From Alphaproteobacteria bacterium (GTDB lineage Bacteria; Pseudomonadota; Alphaproteobacteria; Rickettsiales; UBA8987), in the NCBI GenBank assembly GCA_030429625.1, contig JAUIFA010000004.1, forward strand, positions 205,568 to 269,567: a stretch of DNA of 64,000 bases. Direction: 5' to 3'. Numbering within the stretch: position 1 is the first letter of the stretch; each line of letters opens with the position of its first letter. The position numbers and the translations under genes were made by a program. Below are positions 61,737-64,000 of this stretch, piece by piece. Under the pieces are notes generated by a model that worked only from the letters and a program-made list of their open reading frames with translations, did not search any database and was not told where the DNA came from.

Positions 61737-64000
61737 ATGCTAGAATTACCAGAATTTTTTTTCATATACGGCTCTGCTCCCAAAAATGCTGAGTCGGGCA
61801 CCTACATTATGCCGTTGGTTGCCTTGTCTTACATTGTTGCCTCTCTTGCCTCTTACACGGCACTGGATCTTGCTACCCATTTGGCAAGCAAACATAAAAA
61901 CAATAAAGTTATTTTGCACATTGGCGGTTCGTTTGCCATGGGTGCTGGGATTTGGGCAATGCATTTCATCGGCATGCTTGCCTACAAGATGGCAATGTAT
62001 GTTGAGTATGATCCGTTTCTAACATTTCTCTCTATGTTTGTGGCCATTGCCATTGCCTATTTTGTGTTGGACATTGTTAAGGGAGAAAGGTTAAGCGTTT
62101 ACCAGATTACGGTGGGCGCAATTTTATTGGGCATTGGAATTTGCGCGATGCATTATACCGGAATGGCAGCCATGATAATGGATGGTGATATTCGTTATAC
62201 GCCAGGGCTATTTGCGCTCTCAGTGGCGATTGCTATTTCTGCTTCGGCAGCGGCCTTGTTGATTGCTTTTACCCTAGCTCGGCACAAAGGAAGGTTTCAA
62301 TATTTGTTTAAGGGGATTGCTGCGCTTGTGATGGGTGCCGCCATTTGCGGTATGCATTATACCGGAATGGCGGCCACTGTCTTTATTCCTTGGGCAGAGT
62401 GTCGCTACGATCCGGAGCAAAGCTTTACGGGCATCGCTTTAGGCATTGCAGGTGTGACCTTCCTTATTCTGGGCACGGCCCTTTATTTTGGTGTACGTTA
62501 TCGGGAAGAAGGCAAGAGCAAATCCACTATTTTTGCTAAGCATCAGACTTACATGCCGGTTGTAGCGGCGGTAGTGTTTGGGATTTTTATCTCCTTCTTT
62601 GTTTTTTATTTTATCAGAGACGTACAACAGAAAGAAACACACAAATATTTTGTGCTGGAGTCTAGGGTCTATTCCCAGGCGCTAGAATTATTAGCCCGTG
62701 ATCTTTCCGATCAGGGCATTGTTAATTCTGCCGAGCTTATTGACCAGCTGGAGAAGCAAAAAGAAAATTTAGAAAATTATGGTTTGCAGGCAACCTTCTC
62801 TGTGTTGGGAAATAATCTTCCTGAGACAGAAAAGGATAACTTTATCTTTCAGGACATAATTAGAGTTTCGAAAAATCAAATATACACTACCTTTTTTCCT
62901 AAGCCCGGGAGATTTGAGCGTAAAAAATGGCCAGAATTTTCAGTTTTGTTTGGTGGAATGGGCATCACTCTCTTAATTGCCGGCTACTTTTATCTTTTAA
63001 TTCAACAGCAGCGCAAAGAGAAAGGGAGAAGAAAGGAATTACGTAAACAAATAACAGAAAAAGAACATCTCCAAAAGCAGCTAGAAGAATATATTGAAAA
63101 TGTACAGCAAGCCCAACTTGAAGCCATAGAGGCAGGCAAAAGATTGTGGGGTGAAAAAGAGCATATTCGAGCCATTGTGGATAATGTGAAGGAAGGAATT
63201 ATTACCATAAATAAAGAAGGTATTATCCAGTCTTTCAATGCCGAAGCAGAAAAAATGTTTGGCTATAAGAAAGAGGAAGCCATTGGCCAGAATGTGAAAA
63301 TAATTGTACCGGAGCCGGACAGAAGTAAGCATGATGGATATTTAAAAAGGTATCTTAAGACCGGCGAAGCTAAGGTTATTGGGGTTGGCAGAGAGTTAAC
63401 CTCCGTTGATAAAAATGGGAAAAAATTTCCGGTGTATTTGAATGTTACAAAAATAGAAATAAACAAAGAATTGTTGTTTATTGGTCTGGTTCGTGACATT
63501 ACGGAACAAAAGCAAAAGGAGCAAGAATTAAGAGACGCAAAGGAGACTGCCGAAGCCGCCAGCGCGGCAAAAGGAGACTTTCTGGCAAATATGAGCCACG
63601 AAATTCGTACTCCGATGAATGGCGTGTTGGGGATGGCCGGACTGTTGCTGGACACAAAACTTACAGCAGAACAACATGGTTGGGCCAACATTATCAAAAC
63701 ATCGGGTGAAAATTTGTTGGATATCATCAATGACATTCTTGATTTTTCCAAAATAGAAGCGGGGAAGTTAGAACTGGAGCCCATCAATTTTAATCTTTCT
63801 TCGGCGGTGGAAGAAGTAACAGACGTGTTGCGCTTGCAGACCCAGGAAAAAGGCCTTGAATTATTGGTGCAGTTTGCGCCGGACGTGCCAGAATTTGTAG
63901 TGGGAGATCCTGGGCGCGTGCGTCAAATCCTTCTGAATCTTACCAACAATGCCATTAAATTTACGGAAAAAGGACATGTGCTTATTGAAATAAAGGCAAA
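61737..64000 (+). CDS. Sensor histidine kinase: MHYT membrane domain, TM/coiled coil, PAS, HisKA, HATPase (partial; continues past the window end, possibly a hybrid kinase)
   Basis: Absent from the ORF track because no stop is reached. My translation from the ATG at 61737 shows three MHYT repeats (AMHFIGMLA, AMHYTGMAA, GMHYTGMAA), a PAS segment (IVDNVKEGIITINKEGIIQSFNAEAEKMFGY), the H box FLANMSHEIRTPMNG and the N box ILLNLTNNAIKFT. Confidence 0.9.
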   Translation, partial: MLELPEFFFIYGSAPKNAESGTYIMPLVALSYIVASLASYTALDLATHLASKHKNNKVILHIGGSFAMGAGIWAMHFIGMLAYKMAMYVEYDPFLTFLSMFVAIAIAYFVLDIVKGERLSVYQITVGAILLGIGICAMHYTGMAAMIMDGDIRYTPGLFALSVAIAISASAAALLIAFTLARHKGRFQYLFKGIAALVMGAAICGMHYTGMAATVFIPWAECRYDPEQSFTGIALGIAGVTFLILGTALYFGVRYREEGKSKSTIFAKHQTYMPVVAAVVFGIFISFFVFYFIRDVQQKETHKYFVLESRVYSQALELLARDLSDQGIVNSAELIDQLEKQKENLENYGLQATFSVLGNNLPETEKDNFIFQDIIRVSKNQIYTTFFPKPGRFERKKWPEFSVLFGGMGITLLIAGYFYLLIQQQRKEKGRRKELRKQITEKEHLQKQLEEYIENVQQAQLEAIEAGKRLWGEKEHIRAIVDNVKEGIITINKEGIIQSFNAEAEKMFGYKKEEAIGQNVKIIVPEPDRSKHDGYLKRYLKTGEAKVIGVGRELTSVDKNGKKFPVYLNVTKIEINKELLFIGLVRDITEQKQKEQELRDAKETAEAASAAKGDFLANMSHEIRTPMNGVLGMAGLLLDTKLTAEQHGWANIIKTSGENLLDIINDILDFSKIEAGKLELEPINFNLSSAVEEVTDVLRLQTQEKGLELLVQFAPDVPEFVVGDPGRVRQILLNLTNNAIKFTEKGHVLIEIKA

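Noticed and set aside
63263-63787. A 174-aa minus-strand ORF
   Set aside because: It is antisense to the PAS/HisKA region of the histidine kinase, whose frame carries clear H-box and N-box motifs.

Overview
Compact, moderately AT-rich chromosomal segment from an alphaproteobacterium. The exact taxon cannot be determined without a database search. The gene content points to a Rickettsiales-, Holosporales- or Rhodospirillales-like lineage: an rvh-style virB8-virB9-virB10-virB11-virD4 block, a ChpT-family phosphotransferase, an ELM1-family protein, tolQRAB, metXW and gatCAB. About 60 protein genes are tightly packed, with many start/stop overlaps and convergent genes whose stop codons overlap. 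There is one tRNA-Gly(GCC). I found no rRNA, CRISPR array, IS element, transposase or integrase. Most genes are housekeeping: metE (partial), topA, metX, metW, ftsY, proA, proB, uvrD, rpe, hisI, carAB, greA, mnmA, degP, rarA and gatCAB. Functional blocks are (i) a type IV secretion sub-cluster at 8.8-14.7 kb, (ii) chpT-like plus cheA(REC)-cheW-cheY-cheB-cheR at 24.6-31.1 kb, (iii) tolQ-tolR-tolA-tolB at 31.1-34.7 kb, and (iv) a metal-efflux and phosphorelay patch at 56.2-64 kb. That patch holds cusA, a domain-minimal cusB, a Cys-rich secreted protein, RR-Hpt-RR and a partial MHYT-PAS histidine kinase. The observations most worth follow-up are: (1) a candidate small RNA in the tolQ/carA intergenic region whose loop is 13/13 complementary to the chpT ribosome-binding site; (2) a 176-aa CusB retaining only the metal-binding motif and the membrane-proximal domain, preceded by a CusR-box-like 10-2-10 palindrome; (3) two paralogous proteins built from MshEN/T2SSE_N-like repeats, one beside proA and one beside proB, placed so that a single ~36.5-kb inversion would rejoin proB and proA; (4) a ChpT-family gene heading an operon whose CheA lacks P2 and carries a duplicated acidic motif. 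All functional calls rest on motif recognition by eye, and no searches were run.
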